A DNA stretch of 64,000 nucleotides, taken from contig NW_027362764.1 of NCBI RefSeq assembly GCF_046119375.1, forward strand, positions 802,466,001 through 802,530,000, read 5' to 3'. Below are positions 25,604 through 36,508 of this stretch, piece after piece; the first letter of the stretch is position 1, and every line of letters starts with the position of its first letter. Origin of the DNA: Phyllobates terribilis. Taxonomy: Eukaryota. Under the pieces are notes generated by a model. The model was given only the letters and a program-made list of their open reading frames with translations. It ran no database searches and was not told the origin of the DNA. Made by a program: the position numbers and the translations under genes.

Positions 25604-26626
25604 AAAAGGTAGCAGGGGGTATGTGTGCTAATATTGGAGGGGTCATTAATGAAAGACTCCAGAAGCCGAGGAAACATTCACCGCTCCGTTGGGGACCAGT
25701 GCTGTCATACGTATTTAAGTACATGTATATGTATAGGCATGGATAAGGTTTTAGTGTGATCAGATGCAAGAATATGGGGGTGAGGGGGAATTGTGAAATA
25801 CACTATAGGGGTGTGTGCCCTGCCCACCTCCAGCATCTTTTCCAATCTCTCACCCTACAGGCATCGATATGGAGTTGCCCCTCTGCAGATATAACCGCTC
25901 CTGCTCTGCACAATACAGTCAGGGGGGGTAATGTCCTCCATCAGACGCAGATAGAGACGTGCGATCCGTCACTGCACAGAACACGTCTCCTCCAGAGTCC
26001 AGTGGTGGCGGCTTTACACCACTCCATCTGACGCTCAGCATTGTGCTTGGTGATGTACAGCTGCAGCAGCTGCTCGGCCATGAAGCTCACGGCGGGGGCG
26101 CAGGGTTTATACCAGAAGAGGTCTGGACTCTGCAGTTATGGGGTCAGCAGAGCAGTGGGGACTTTCCTACTCCTCAGCCCCTCCCTGCTCTATAACATTA
26201 TGGGGTCCTCACTTTGTTGCTGCGGTTCCTTCCACTTAATAACATAATCACTCATAAGTGGTGGGGGAGGTTCAGGAGGAAGAAATGTCACGGTGGCTCC
26301 TATTACAGGACCTCGCTGGTATCAGGCCGCTCTGTCACATGGTAGTATCGGCAGACGGCATGGCGGGAGGGCAGGAGGTGACAATGAAAAAACTTGAGTT
26401 CAATCATCCCCATGTGCTGCCCGCTCAGGACAAAAGGTAGAGAACAGAAAATGAAATCAGGTTTTATTATTATTTTTTTTTTATCCTTTGTGAAAACTGG
26501 AGAGTGAGTTTCTCTTTTCTGCAACTGGTCAGCGCCAGCTTTGCCATACAGACTAGGTCGGAGTCATCTCAGTAGTAGATTCTCGGGATATAATAGCCGA
26601 TTCTACTCCGCTGCGATATTCACTCA

Positions 26627-26632
26627 TTTATT
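26627..26632 (-). terminator. Candidate NAPRT polyadenylation signal AATAAA
   Basis: TTTATT on the plus strand, about 290 nt past the stop. Confidence 0.5.
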
Positions 26633-26923
26633 CGCCGCCTTTTAATTCTAGATGTTGGGAAAGCTGAGTGACAACGATAGTGAAAGTGTGAGCAGAGCGC
26701 AGAGTTGTCAGCCAGCTCGTCTGAAAGAAGTGTAACATGAGGGAAGACAACGATGTGAAGACTGATCGGATATTCTGCTACAATGCCTGTTCTCTGGACC
26801 CGGGGAGGGGGTATGAGCCCGTGTGACTGGACCGGTGGAGGCTTCTCCGGCAGATGGCACCTGTAATTCATTACGTCGCTTCCGCGACATTTCATCCCCT
26901 TAAGATCTCGGCATCTTCTCCAG

Positions 26924-26992
26924 TCACTGCAATTGGCGGCTGCTCCTCCGCAGGGAAGACAGGAGGCTGTGCAGCTTCTCACTCACTGCGAC
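26924..26992 (-). CDS. NAPRT: NAPRT exon 13 (VAVSEKLHSLLSSLRRSSRQLQ*)
   Basis: TTACAG acceptor; similar to human VVLSERLQALVNSL. Confidence 0.88.
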   Translation of the reverse strand, partial: VAVSEKLHSLLSSLRRSSRQLQ

Positions 26993-27522
26993 CTGTAAGC
27001 AAGAAGAGACGAGGCAGCTGAGACATCAACAGAGAATTTCTGCAGGTTAACCACATTGATCCTCCCCTGGGTTGTGCCTCGTGCCCACAAGTCCTGGCTG
27101 CAGCACATCACAACAGTGAAGAAACTCAATGTGCAAGCCAGCAAGGGTTAAACACTAAAGATTAAAGGGATCCCCCCGCCCCAATAAATCTAGCCTGCAG
27201 TGTAAAGAAAGGAGGATTGAGGCTTCTGCCACTTAAATGCCATAACAAAGAAGGCGGCTTAGACGAGGGAAGAACATGCACACGTAAAATATGATCTTTG
27301 ATGTGAACCCCCCATGCTTTACCCTGCTGGCTGTATCCAAATTGAGACCATAAGTATTCGCATCTTGTATGGGACCACCACCAATTCTGATAACTTAGGG
27401 GGTCTCTGGCCTTTTTCCTGCAGCTACTTCATGCTGTAGATTATGGGGGTCCCAGCAGCTACATCCCCATTAGTTTAGCAGTGCTGAGGTAAGCAGTGAT
27501 CAGACCTAGAGGGGGCACTCAC

Positions 27523-27630
27523 CCGGTACGGCTGTGGGTCGTCCAGCTCCCGCTGCTGGGGGTTAAGGCTGGTGAGTGACCTCTGGGCATAAGATCGGAT
27601 ATCTGTGATTGTGGGAAGAGGCTGCAGGAC
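27523..27630 (-). CDS. NAPRT: NAPRT exon 12 (VLQPLPTITDIRSYAQRSL...PYR)
   Basis: 108 nt, AG/GT boundaries, phase 0. Confidence 0.9.
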
Positions 27631-27847
27631 CTGAAATCACAAAACAGCACAAAGAAATGATGAGCGGCAAACCGGGCCAACAGAGTGATAAGCAAACGCC
27701 TGCTGATCAGCGGGAGCGGGGGACGCCTGCTGCATTTATAAAAGCCAGTGTCCTCCAGCAACCAAACAACGAGCAGCACATTGCTGGAGGCGAGCGCTGC
27801 ACTTCTCCTGCACCAGTGTATCACTCACACCGCTGCTGCGCTCCTAC

Positions 27848-28005
27848 CTGAGCATGCTGGAAGTAGGTGTGATGAAGGCGTTCTGCCCTGATCGGGGTCA
27901 CAATCTCGTTTTCTGTGCTTCTGCTCAGTTTATAAACTTTCACCTCCTTCTCCAGGTCTGGTGGAGGCTCATCCTCCAGCGTCATCAGGTCCAGGAGAGG
28001 CTGAT
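27848..28005 (-). CDS. NAPRT: NAPRT exon 11 (DQPLLDLMTLEDEPPP...QHAQ)
   Basis: 158 nt, AG/GT boundaries, phases consistent. Confidence 0.9.
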
Positions 28006-28059
28006 CTGTCACCAAAGATAAATGCAGGTTATAGGTAAGGAGGTAACCCAACACATCTG

Positions 28060-29479
28060 TATGATCCTCAGTTACATCCTGTATTATACTCCAGAGCTGC
28101 ACTCACTATTCTGCTGGTGCAGTCACTGTGTACATACATTACATTACTGATCCTGAGTTACCTCCTGTATTATACTCCAGAGCTGCACTCACTATTCTGC
28201 TGGTGCAGTCACTGTGTACATACATTACATTACTGATCCCGAGTTACATCCTGTATTATACTCCAGAGCTGCACTCACTATTCTGCTGGTGCAGTCACTG
28301 TGTACATACATTACATTACTGATCCTGAGTTACCTCCTGTATTATACTCCAGAGCTGCACTCACTATTCTGCTGGTGCAGTCACTGTGTACATACATTAC
28401 ATTACTGATCCTGAGTTACATCCTGTATTATACTCCAGAGCTGCACTCACTATTCTGCAGGTGCAGTCACTGTGTACATACATTACTGATCCTGAGTTAC
28501 CTCCTGTATTATACTCCAGAGCTGCACTCACTATGCTGCTGGTGCAGTCACTGTGTACATACATTACATTACTGATCCTGAGTTACATCCTGTATTATAC
28601 TCCAGAGCTGCACTCACTATTCTGCAGGTGCAGTCACTGTGTACATACATTACATTACTGATCCTGAGTTACCTCCTGTATTATACTCCAGAGCTGCACT
28701 CACTATGCTGCTGGTGCAGTCACTGTGTACATACATTACATTACTGATCCTGAGTTACATCCTGTATTATACTCCAGAGCTGCACTCACTATTCTGCAGG
28801 TGCAGTCACTGTGTACATACATTACTGATCCTGAGTTACCTCCTGTATTATACTCCAGAGCTGCACTCACTATTCTGCTGGTGCAGTCACTGTGTACATA
28901 CATTACATTACTGATCCTGAGTTACATCCTGTATTATACTCCAGAGCTGCAGTCACTATTCTGCTGGAGCAGTCACTGTGTACATACATTACATTACTGA
29001 TCCTGAGTTACCTCCTGTATTATACTCCAGAGCTGCACTCACTATTCTGCTGGTGCAGTCACTGTGTACATACATTACATTACTGATCCAGAGTTACATC
29101 CTGTATTATACTCCAGAGCTGCACTCACTATTCTGCTGGTGCAGTCATTGTGTACATACATTACATTACTGATCCTGAGTTACATCCTGTATTATACCCC
29201 AGAGCTGCACTCACTATTCTGCTGGTGCTGTCACTGTGTACATACATTACATTACTGATCCTGAGCTACATCCTGTATTATACTCCAGAGCTGCACTCAC
29301 TATTCTGCTGGTGGAGTCACTGTCTACATACATTACTGATCCTGAGTTACATCCTGTATTATACTCCAGAGCTGCACTCACTATTCTGCTGGTGCAGTCA
29401 CTGTGTATATACATTACATTACTGATCCTGAGTTACATCCTGTATTATACTCCAGAGCTGCACTCACTATTCTGCTGGT
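28060..29479. repeat. 86-bp minisatellite, about 16 units (some 81 bp), in NAPRT intron 10
   Basis: Unit CTGATCCTGAGTTACATCCTGTATTATACTCCAGAGCTGCACTCACTATTCTGCTGGTGCAGTCACTGTGTACATACATTACATTA. Confidence 0.96.
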
Positions 29480-29552
29480 TAATTAACGGACTGACTGAAC
29501 CAGCAGGGAATGCTGGGATATTTTAGCTCTATAGTTGCAGAGTTTCGCTCAC

Positions 29553-29655
29553 CGGTGCGGTCGTACAGTCTGTACACGGCTTTGCTCCCCGGGATCGTGC
29601 TCTTCTCTTGGTCCTCGCTGATCTTCATTCTCGGTTGGTCGTTCACCTGCACCAG
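29553..29655 (-). CDS. NAPRT: NAPRT exon 10 (LVQVNDQPRMKISEDQEKSTIPGSKAVYRLYDRT)
   Basis: 103 nt, AG/GT boundaries. Confidence 0.95.
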
Positions 29656-29776
29656 CTGTAAGGACGGGATCGTTACATGGCAGCAGTGGTGGAAACCTTC
29701 CCAGCCCACAACCCCCTCCAGACCACCACATGGCATATTCTCCCACCCGACCCTCCCATCACAAACATGACCTCAC

Positions 29777-29857
29777 CTTGTAGACGCAGCCCAGAGACGG
29801 CTGCAGGGGGCAGGTGACCAGGTGGGTGCCCACGCCGATCACATTAATCTCATTCTC
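29777..29857 (-). CDS. NAPRT: NAPRT exon 9 ([27 protein letters not shown])
   Basis: 81 nt, conserved SLGCVYK motif. Confidence 0.95.
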
Positions 29858-29924
29858 CTGGAAGTACAAAGATCATTCACTGACCGACCAGAGGAATAAA
29901 CCTGGGGGAGCACTGGTAACGCGG

Positions 29925-30297
29925 TGTACAGGGAGCTCCCCCTAGTGGTGACTGCAGACAGAATCTTATCATGTATCTCTGTATACAGGGAGCTCCCCCT
30001 AGTGGTGGCTGCAGACAGAATCTTATCATGTATCTCTGTATACAGGGAGCTCCCCCTAGTGGTGGCTGCAGACAGGAAGTTATCATGTATCTCTGTATAC
30101 AGGGAGCTCCCCCTAGTGGTGGCTGCAGACAGGACCTTATCATGTATCTCTGTATACAGGGAGCTCCCCCTAGTGGTGACTGCAGACAGGATCTTACCAT
30201 GTATCTCTGTATAGAGGGAGCTCCCCCTAGTGGTGACTGCAGACAGGATCTTATGTATCTCTGTATACAGGGAGCTCCCCCTAGTGGTGGCTGCAGA
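29925..30297. repeat. 57-bp minisatellite, 7 units, in NAPRT intron 8
   Basis: Unit GTATCTCTGTATACAGGGAGCTCCCCCTAGTGGTGGCTGCAGACAGAATCTTATCAT. Confidence 0.95.
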
Positions 30298-30462
30298 TCG
30301 TTAGAATGAGATTATATAACCATTTGGAAGATTTGGATCAGAAATAATATATGAGGACATTTTCGCTCATGTCTCGGTTTGTTTCCTTATGATTGGAGGT
30401 TTTACCGGTGATGTAATGGATGATGTGCGGCCTGTAGGGAGTGGGGGTAATTGTGCGCTCAC

Positions 30463-30547
30463 CGCTCGGGTCAGGAGCTTTACACTCTTCTCACTGATGT
30501 TATTACTGACAGCGATAGACAATGTTCTGAAGCACGGAGCCTCCAAC
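30463..30547 (-). CDS. NAPRT: NAPRT exon 8 (LEAPCFRTLSIAVSNNISEKSVKLLTRA)
   Basis: 85 nt, VSNN motif, AG/GT boundaries. Confidence 0.92.
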
Positions 30548-31572
30548 CTGCAAGATGGAAAGGGTTAATACGCGCTGCACTGTATACAGGGAGCTGCTCT
30601 TTTAGCCTATTCCATGCACTGAGGTCCTGGATGTATAAAGTGTCAGCCACGTGCGCCCTCCCCTAGGAACGCTCCTCCGCCCTCCCCTAGGAACGCTCCT
30701 CCGCCCTCCCCTTTCGGTTATAGGATCTGGGCATTTTACTAATATGGCTGCCGTGGTAGTCCTCTCCCAGTGCAGGGTGGTCTTACACTTACAGTAATGG
30801 GGACCGTACACAACCATGCAGTCAGCAGCTCCCCAAACCTACGACCACTCGGCCCAGCATTCATGTGTTTTCATTGGGGAGAGAGTGGCTGCTGGAACCC
30901 TCCACCCGTCTCCTCTCCCCCAACTGTTCCCACTTGTGCACCCAGTTATCACTCAGCCCACCACCCCTGGCACACCAGACCCCTGCGTACCCGCCAGATA
31001 CCTCCACCTGAACCTTCTGCTCCGTCACACCCCTTCTGCCCTCACATCTTTGCAGACCTCTTCACCCCATCAGATTCCTTCAGACCCCTCTTAACTCCTC
31101 CTGCCTGAGTATTACTCTTCTCCCGCCAGACCCCCCACCTGGTGCAACTCCCAATATAACCATTCTAGGTAGACCATCGCACGTCAGACCTTTTGGCCGC
31201 AGTCAGACACCTACACAAGACACCTATTTCCTTGTGCCGGACCCAGTTAACCTCTTCCACTTCCCCAGCCAGACCCCTCTGTCCGCACATCAGATCCCCC
31301 TGTGTCTCGTGACTGGTCACTCTGAACTTCCCCTGAACCTTCCTTCTTCACCCCCATGAGACCCCTCTGCCTGATGTGCGCCCCAATAAAACTTCGAGAC
31401 TAAGGTATGACTAAACCCAATGGGGGGGGGGGGGCTGCTGATTCTCAGGCCGTCTCCTCCATTATTTTATTCCCTATTCACACTGTGCTCCGGGGTGATC
31501 TCCAGGTCCCTCCAGAGAGTCCTGAAATGCCGCATGACCACCCACACCGCCACCCACCACACGGGCACTCGC

Positions 31573-31713
31573 CTTTCGGCACACAGCTGGAAAATCTTCC
31601 GGATCTCTACCGACTGTCTGGCGAGGTCTCCGCTGTCCAGCCGCACCCCAACTGCTTTGTACCTCAACTCCTGCAAAGCCAGGACCACCGCGCAGAAATT
31701 GGGGATCCCGCTC
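31573..31713 (-). CDS. NAPRT: NAPRT exon 7 (SGIPNFCAVVLAL...GVRLDSGDL...CAE), ending at a GC donor
   Basis: 141 nt; donor AAG|GCGAGT gives the required phase 2 and a gap-free alignment to human. Confidence 0.88.
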
Positions 31714-31796
31714 CTGCCCAAAATAAAATGATAATTTACCATTTTGGCAATAACAGCGAGCATAATGGCGGCTACTGGGGTGCGCTCACCGCTTAC

Positions 31797-32029
31797 ATCA
31801 TCACGCTGTACGTATCCACCACCACCAGAAAGTTCAGCGGGAAGGCGATGGCATAGGACACGAAGGCCGCCAGCTCCCCGGGGTGTGTGCTCCCAGCAGG
31901 AATCTGCAGCAGATGACAAACCTTCTGCAGCCACGACTGCGTCAGCGACAGGAAATCCAAGCCTGCGTCCTCCTGACCGCCCGCGACCTGACTGCCCGCG
32001 TCCTCCTGACCACCCGCCGGCAGCAGAAC
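31797..32029 (-). CDS. NAPRT: NAPRT exon 6 (...HPGELAAFVSYAIAFP...VDTYSVM)
   Basis: 233 nt, GTCAG acceptor, GTAAGC donor; contains an internal 33-nt-period duplication. Confidence 0.92.
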
Positions 32030-32100
32030 CTGACGGGAAGAAAAAGAAAATCAGCCTATCACTACAGCGGCCACCGCGGGGGAAGGGATTGTGTCCTCAC

Positions 32101-32216
32101 CTGGTGCTGGACTTCATCCGTAGAGGAGAACGATGCTACATAGGAGTGGGCCACGGTGCCCGCCACCGGGATGTCAAACCGCTGCCCGGCGAGCACGTTA
32201 CTGGTGCAGTCAAAGC
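32101..32216 (-). CDS. NAPRT: NAPRT exon 5 ([26 protein letters not shown]...)
   Basis: 116 nt; conserved TSNV and GT-AHS motifs. Confidence 0.96.
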
Positions 32217-32282
32217 CTGGAAGACAATCGGAGCATCAGTGACTGGTCCGGCGCCACGTCCAGAGCCGTCAGCGTCACTCAC

Positions 32283-32413
32283 CACCTATGTAGGAATATT
32301 TGGAGGCGGACAGTCCCCCATCAGGCCCCTGTGCCCTCCGCAGACCCATTTCCAGCAGCTTTTTATCCGGACCAACTGCAAGGCGGAAACGGGCGGCATT
32401 GGTGGCGACCAGG
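32283..32413 (-). CDS. NAPRT: NAPRT exon 4 ([10 protein letters not shown]...[25 protein letters not shown])
   Basis: 131 nt; conserved EMGLRRAQG motif. Confidence 0.96.
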
Positions 32414-33064
32414 CTAAAAGAAGAAGAAATGATTAAGACGTAGTCCCTCCTTCTCTGACTCCTGCATCTTTCTCCAGAATGGGGGTCTCACACACGTGAA
32501 AGTGGCGGCTGGGAATAGAGCGGTGGATGCACCTGTGCAGCTCCCTCCGTTCACTTCTATGGGAGAGAACAGCGAGCGTGTGCCGCAGGAGACGCCGATC
32601 ACATGACTCCCACCCAGTACTGGGAGCACCAATGTGGCAGCCAAGGGACCCTTGTCCTAGAGACGGGTGCAGATTCCACAGTTGGGACTTGCACCTATCA
32701 GACATCTACGACTTATCCTGAAGATTGAAAACACCTCTAAAAAGGTGGATATAAAGGGCGGGAGCGGCGTGTCAGCAAGCATGAAAGCTGCAGACCACCC
32801 CGCTGTATAATGTCAGTGAATTGAAATCTTCCTACAGCTGAGCGACTGCTGCAATGTATCAGTGCAAGTGACTGAGAATCGGGAGACTGTGCTCATCCTG
32901 GATTATCTGCACCGATACATTGTAACAAAACCAACCAACTCATGTGACACAGGAATGCGCCATCGATGTGTCAGTCCTTACTGCAGTTTTGGCATTATAT
33001 TAACTAACCAGGAAGCTTGTGATGAACGGAGTGAGTGCCCACCCTCCCTGCGCCCATCACGTAC

Positions 33065-33147
33065 CTGGCATAATTCACCAAGCAGAGCAGCGTGGTCTCC
33101 AGGAGCTGGACCACCAGGAGAGGCCCCCGCACCTTCATCAGCGGCTC
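33065..33147 (-). CDS. NAPRT: NAPRT exon 3 ([28 protein letters not shown])
   Basis: 83 nt, AG/GT boundaries. Confidence 0.96.
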
Positions 33148-34078
33148 CTGCGGAGATCACACACGAGTCACACGACACCCAGTACTGGGAGCACCAATAT
33201 GGCAGCAAAGAGTCCCTTGTAGAAAAGCACAAGCTGATTGGCTGGATACTTCCAGCCAATCAGCTTTTAGCATGCAGCTCTCATACTAGATCACAAAAGT
33301 CGCCAGCACTGGGGGGTCTTGGACCTCCGGTCTCTGTGTCCTCTGGCTGATCGGTGCATTTCTCTTACCGAAGCCAAAGAGGCCGGAAAACTCCCAGACG
33401 CCAGAAACTGATCGAAGTCATCAATAAAGAGCTAACATTTAGTGTTTGACGTCTTTACATTTCACTCCATCTTAAGATCTCCGCCTGGAGTCACTGAATC
33501 ATTTCTGCTTCACCACAGCCCCGTCCTGACCTCGTCCTGCTCACAGCCGCAGTCTGTCACAATGTACCGGTGCAGACAATCCTCTGAGCAGCGGAGATCC
33601 GTCCTGTCAGTCCGGAGAATAGAATATTTCCCTTACTGGATAGAAATGCGACAAACCGCGGACTGAGAAATCCTGAGAGTTATCAGCGTCTAAGTGTAAT
33701 CACTGACAGCAGAGCCAACTGATGGGAAGCCGATCAATGCCTCATTGTACAGGTGTAAGCAGCATTTACATGGGACTGCTGTGACGGAGGAGATTTAGAA
33801 AACCCTGAAAATGTAGAAGATAACCCGCCAATAATCCGGCACTGGGGATCGCTGGTTCTGGATCACCAGATTATAAAGGAGACCTGTCCCACCAATAATA
33901 CTGGACACATGTAGACGTCTCTCACTGACAGGTCCCTTTAAATCTTATAACAGGACACATCTGCCCGATCTCAGCCCGAGGAGGAACCACAAGTCCCAGC
34001 ATGCCCAGTGCCCTATCCTAAGGGGAGGGTGGGGGTCGTTATATTCACACAGATGGAGCAGAGAGTAACCATACCTAC

Positions 34079-34206
34079 TCTGGGAAACACAACGGATCCC
34101 TCCGGGAAAGACGCCAGCGACACCTCCGAGGCATCCACGGTCTCCAGGTATTCAAAGAAGCCGCGGTCCACAGATGGCGGCAGGACAGACGCCAAGTACT
34201 GGAGGT
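34079..34206 (-). CDS. NAPRT: NAPRT exon 2 (DLQYLASVLPP...FPEGSVVFPR)
   Basis: 128 nt, AG/GT boundaries. Confidence 0.95.
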
Positions 34207-34217
34207 CTGACAACACA

Positions 34218-34620
34218 GGGGAGAGGTCAGGAGTGATCACCGGGCACCAGAGAGAGGGGAGAGGTCAGGAGTGATCACCGGGCACCAGAGAGGCGACCGG
34301 GGAGACGGCGACCGGGGAGACGGCGACCGGGGAGACGGCGACCGGGGAGACGGCGACCGGGGAGACGGCGACCGGGGAGACGGCGACCGGGGAGAGGTCA
34401 GGAGTGATCACCGGGCACCGGGGAGAGGTCAGGAGTGATCACCGGGCACCAGAGAGAGGGGAGACGGGGACCGGGGAGAGGTCAGGAGTGATCACCGGGC
34501 ACCAGAGAGAGGGGAGACGGGGACCGGGGAGAGGTCAGGAGTGATCACCGGGCACCAGAGAGAGGGGAGAGGGGAGACGGGACCGGGCACCGGGGAGAGG
34601 GGAGACAGGACCGGGTCAGG
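34218..34620. repeat. Compound tandem repeat filling most of NAPRT intron 1
   Basis: GGGGAGAGGTCAGGAGTGATCACCGGGCACCAGAGAGA units interleaved with a (GGGGAGACGGCGACC)n block. Confidence 0.9.
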
Positions 34621-34713
34621 TTGCTGTTGGGGGCAGCAGTAGCGGATCCTGGCGGGGACACCGGGCAGCACGGAGCTGACACCGGCAGACATTTCTCGGT
34701 CCCGGGTCCTCAC

Positions 34714-34906
34714 CTGCTCGGGAGAAGCGGAAGTCCCGCAGGAAGCGCAGAGTCTCCTCCAGGCCACAGAACAGGGTGAAGCCGCCACTGAACGGAGCGT
34801 CCCGGAAGAAGAGCTCGAACTCCGCCGCCTCCCGGTGCCGCCCGCTCCGCCAGTAGCCGTACGCCATGGTGAACTGGTAGAGGTCGGTGAGCAGCGGGAG
34901 CTCCAT
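34714..34906 (-). CDS. NAPRT: NAPRT exon 1, nicotinate phosphoribosyltransferase ([19 protein letters not shown]...)
   Basis: LLTDLYQ-TM signature; donor CAG|GTGAGG. The 13 exons sum to 1629 nt = 542 aa plus stop. Confidence 0.96.
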
Positions 34907-34944
34907 GCCGCCTGAGCCCCGCACCGAACTGCCAATGACGGCCG

Positions 34945-35001
34945 TTATATACCCCGGAAGTCCCGCACCTGCCGCCCGGGGCATGCTGGGAAGTGTAGTT
35001 C
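34945..35001 (-). promoter_or_regulatory. NAPRT core promoter: TATA-like, ETS and ZNF143/THAP11-type motifs
   Basis: Minus-strand TATATAA (34951-34945), CCGGAAGT (34954), and minus-strand GAACTACACTTCCCAGCATGC (35001-34981). Confidence 0.65.
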
Positions 35002-35285
35002 TGTTCGCTTACTTATGTGACAGCTGAGAGGCGCGCGCCAGACTGCGCTGCGGGGTCTCCTACACGCCTCACACGGGTTGTGGAGAGACTGGTGATCCCG
35101 TCAGTGAGGTGCAGACACATAGGCTGACATTGTGGACGATCCGCCACGGCCCTGACAGAAAATAGGGAAAGAGAAGTCTGTGTTCAGGTGTTTTACCGAA
35201 AGAAAAAAACCGATTTCAATAAATTGCACTGTGACTTGTCAGGGGTCTTTGGAGGCAATTTTTGTGTATAAATCTATTCCCCTTC

Positions 35286-36499
35286 TGACGCGCCCCCTGG
35301 GCCGTGTTTGTGTGGGGATACCCGGGAACCGGACCTTTTGTAGATGCTGGGGGTTGTAGTCTCCGTGGCGGCGACCCAGTCCGTGCCCAGGGCGGTCAAA
35401 CCAAATGTCAGTCTATATGCTGAATGTCCGACTACGCCACCTGTGGATTGCGGTCAGAGTGAACCGCCGCTGCAGGGCAGACCGCTGAGGCTGGTGATGT
35501 GGGTGCAGGAGGGGATAGGATAACTCCCCACGGGAGGAGTATAGCCTCAGGGCAGCGAGTGCGGATGTTGGGGGTGATGGTGCGCGGGAGCAGCAGTAAC
35601 GACACAGAGTCCTGTAATGCAGTCCAGGGTATTTACTCACAGTTCTTTATCCACGTTACTCCAGCTGGTCATAACGTCCCTCGTCGCACTGTGCTCACCA
35701 GGTGAGGGGCTCGGCCAACTCCCAGATAACTTTGGAGCGTTTCACAGGACCCCCCCTTTGTGTGTCCTTCCTCTGGCCTGTCATACCCCGCCAGTGACCT
35801 CGCTTCTGTCCGGCTGCCTCGGACCTTCTCGGGTAAACGTTGGCCTCCGTTTCCCTGACCCTATGTGGTGCCTTCCTAGCGGGTATAGCGAGGGTCTGCG
35901 CCACATAAAATGTCACAGCCTCCAGTTTCTAGCTGAGGGTCGTTCCCCGCCTCCACTAGTTTCGGGGACCGGTCTCCCCCTTTGGCCTGACCCCCCTACG
36001 CAGGTAGATTCGGGCGTGCGGTGGCGACTCGCCGGTCCATACCCCTGGGGTCCCTTCGTTCCTTGTTCCTGGAGCCTCCTCCGCTCCTCTTCCGTCCTTC
36101 TCCTTCCTCCAGGCTCCGGCCGCTCTCTCAGGCCTGCCTGCGGAGCAGAGCCCCTTGCAGAGGCCCTTACTCTATCACTTCTTCTCTCTGACTGAACACA
36201 GAACTAAGATGGTGCCCACCTTTTATACCTCCTTCTCAGTGCACCCAGGAACTGCCCTCTCCCTCCTATGCACTACAGGGTCCCCCTTCCTCGGTGTTCC
36301 CTCCCCCCTCTCCAGCCTGGGACAGGGACTGTCACGCTCTGCTTGGAGCATATCGGTCGCCCTGCCCCCCGGAAATGTGGTGTAATGCATGCAGGTGTCG
36401 GGGTCCTGATCCACACTCCATCCTTACCTGGAAGTGAGATATCGCACATCTGGTGGAGATGCAATACCTCTGTAGCGACCGAACCCTCGGGGCGCTGCA
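35286..36499 (-). repeat. 3' LTR
   Basis: TG...GGGGCGCTGCA termini; direct repeat of 44456-45669; minus-strand TATAAAA at 36227-36221. Confidence 0.92.
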
Positions 36500-36508
36500 T
36501 TCCCCCCT
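36500..36508 (-). other. Polypurine tract of the LTR element
   Basis: Minus-strand AGGGGGGAA abutting the 3' LTR. Confidence 0.7.

Noticed and set aside
28060-29479. Regular repeat arrays as possible CRISPR loci
   Set aside because: No unique spacers, no cas genes, and the context is eukaryotic and intronic.
34907-34984. In-frame upstream ATG giving NAPRT a 26-aa extension
   Set aside because: It lies inside the ZNF143-type motif and upstream of the TATA-like box, so it is probably not transcribed.
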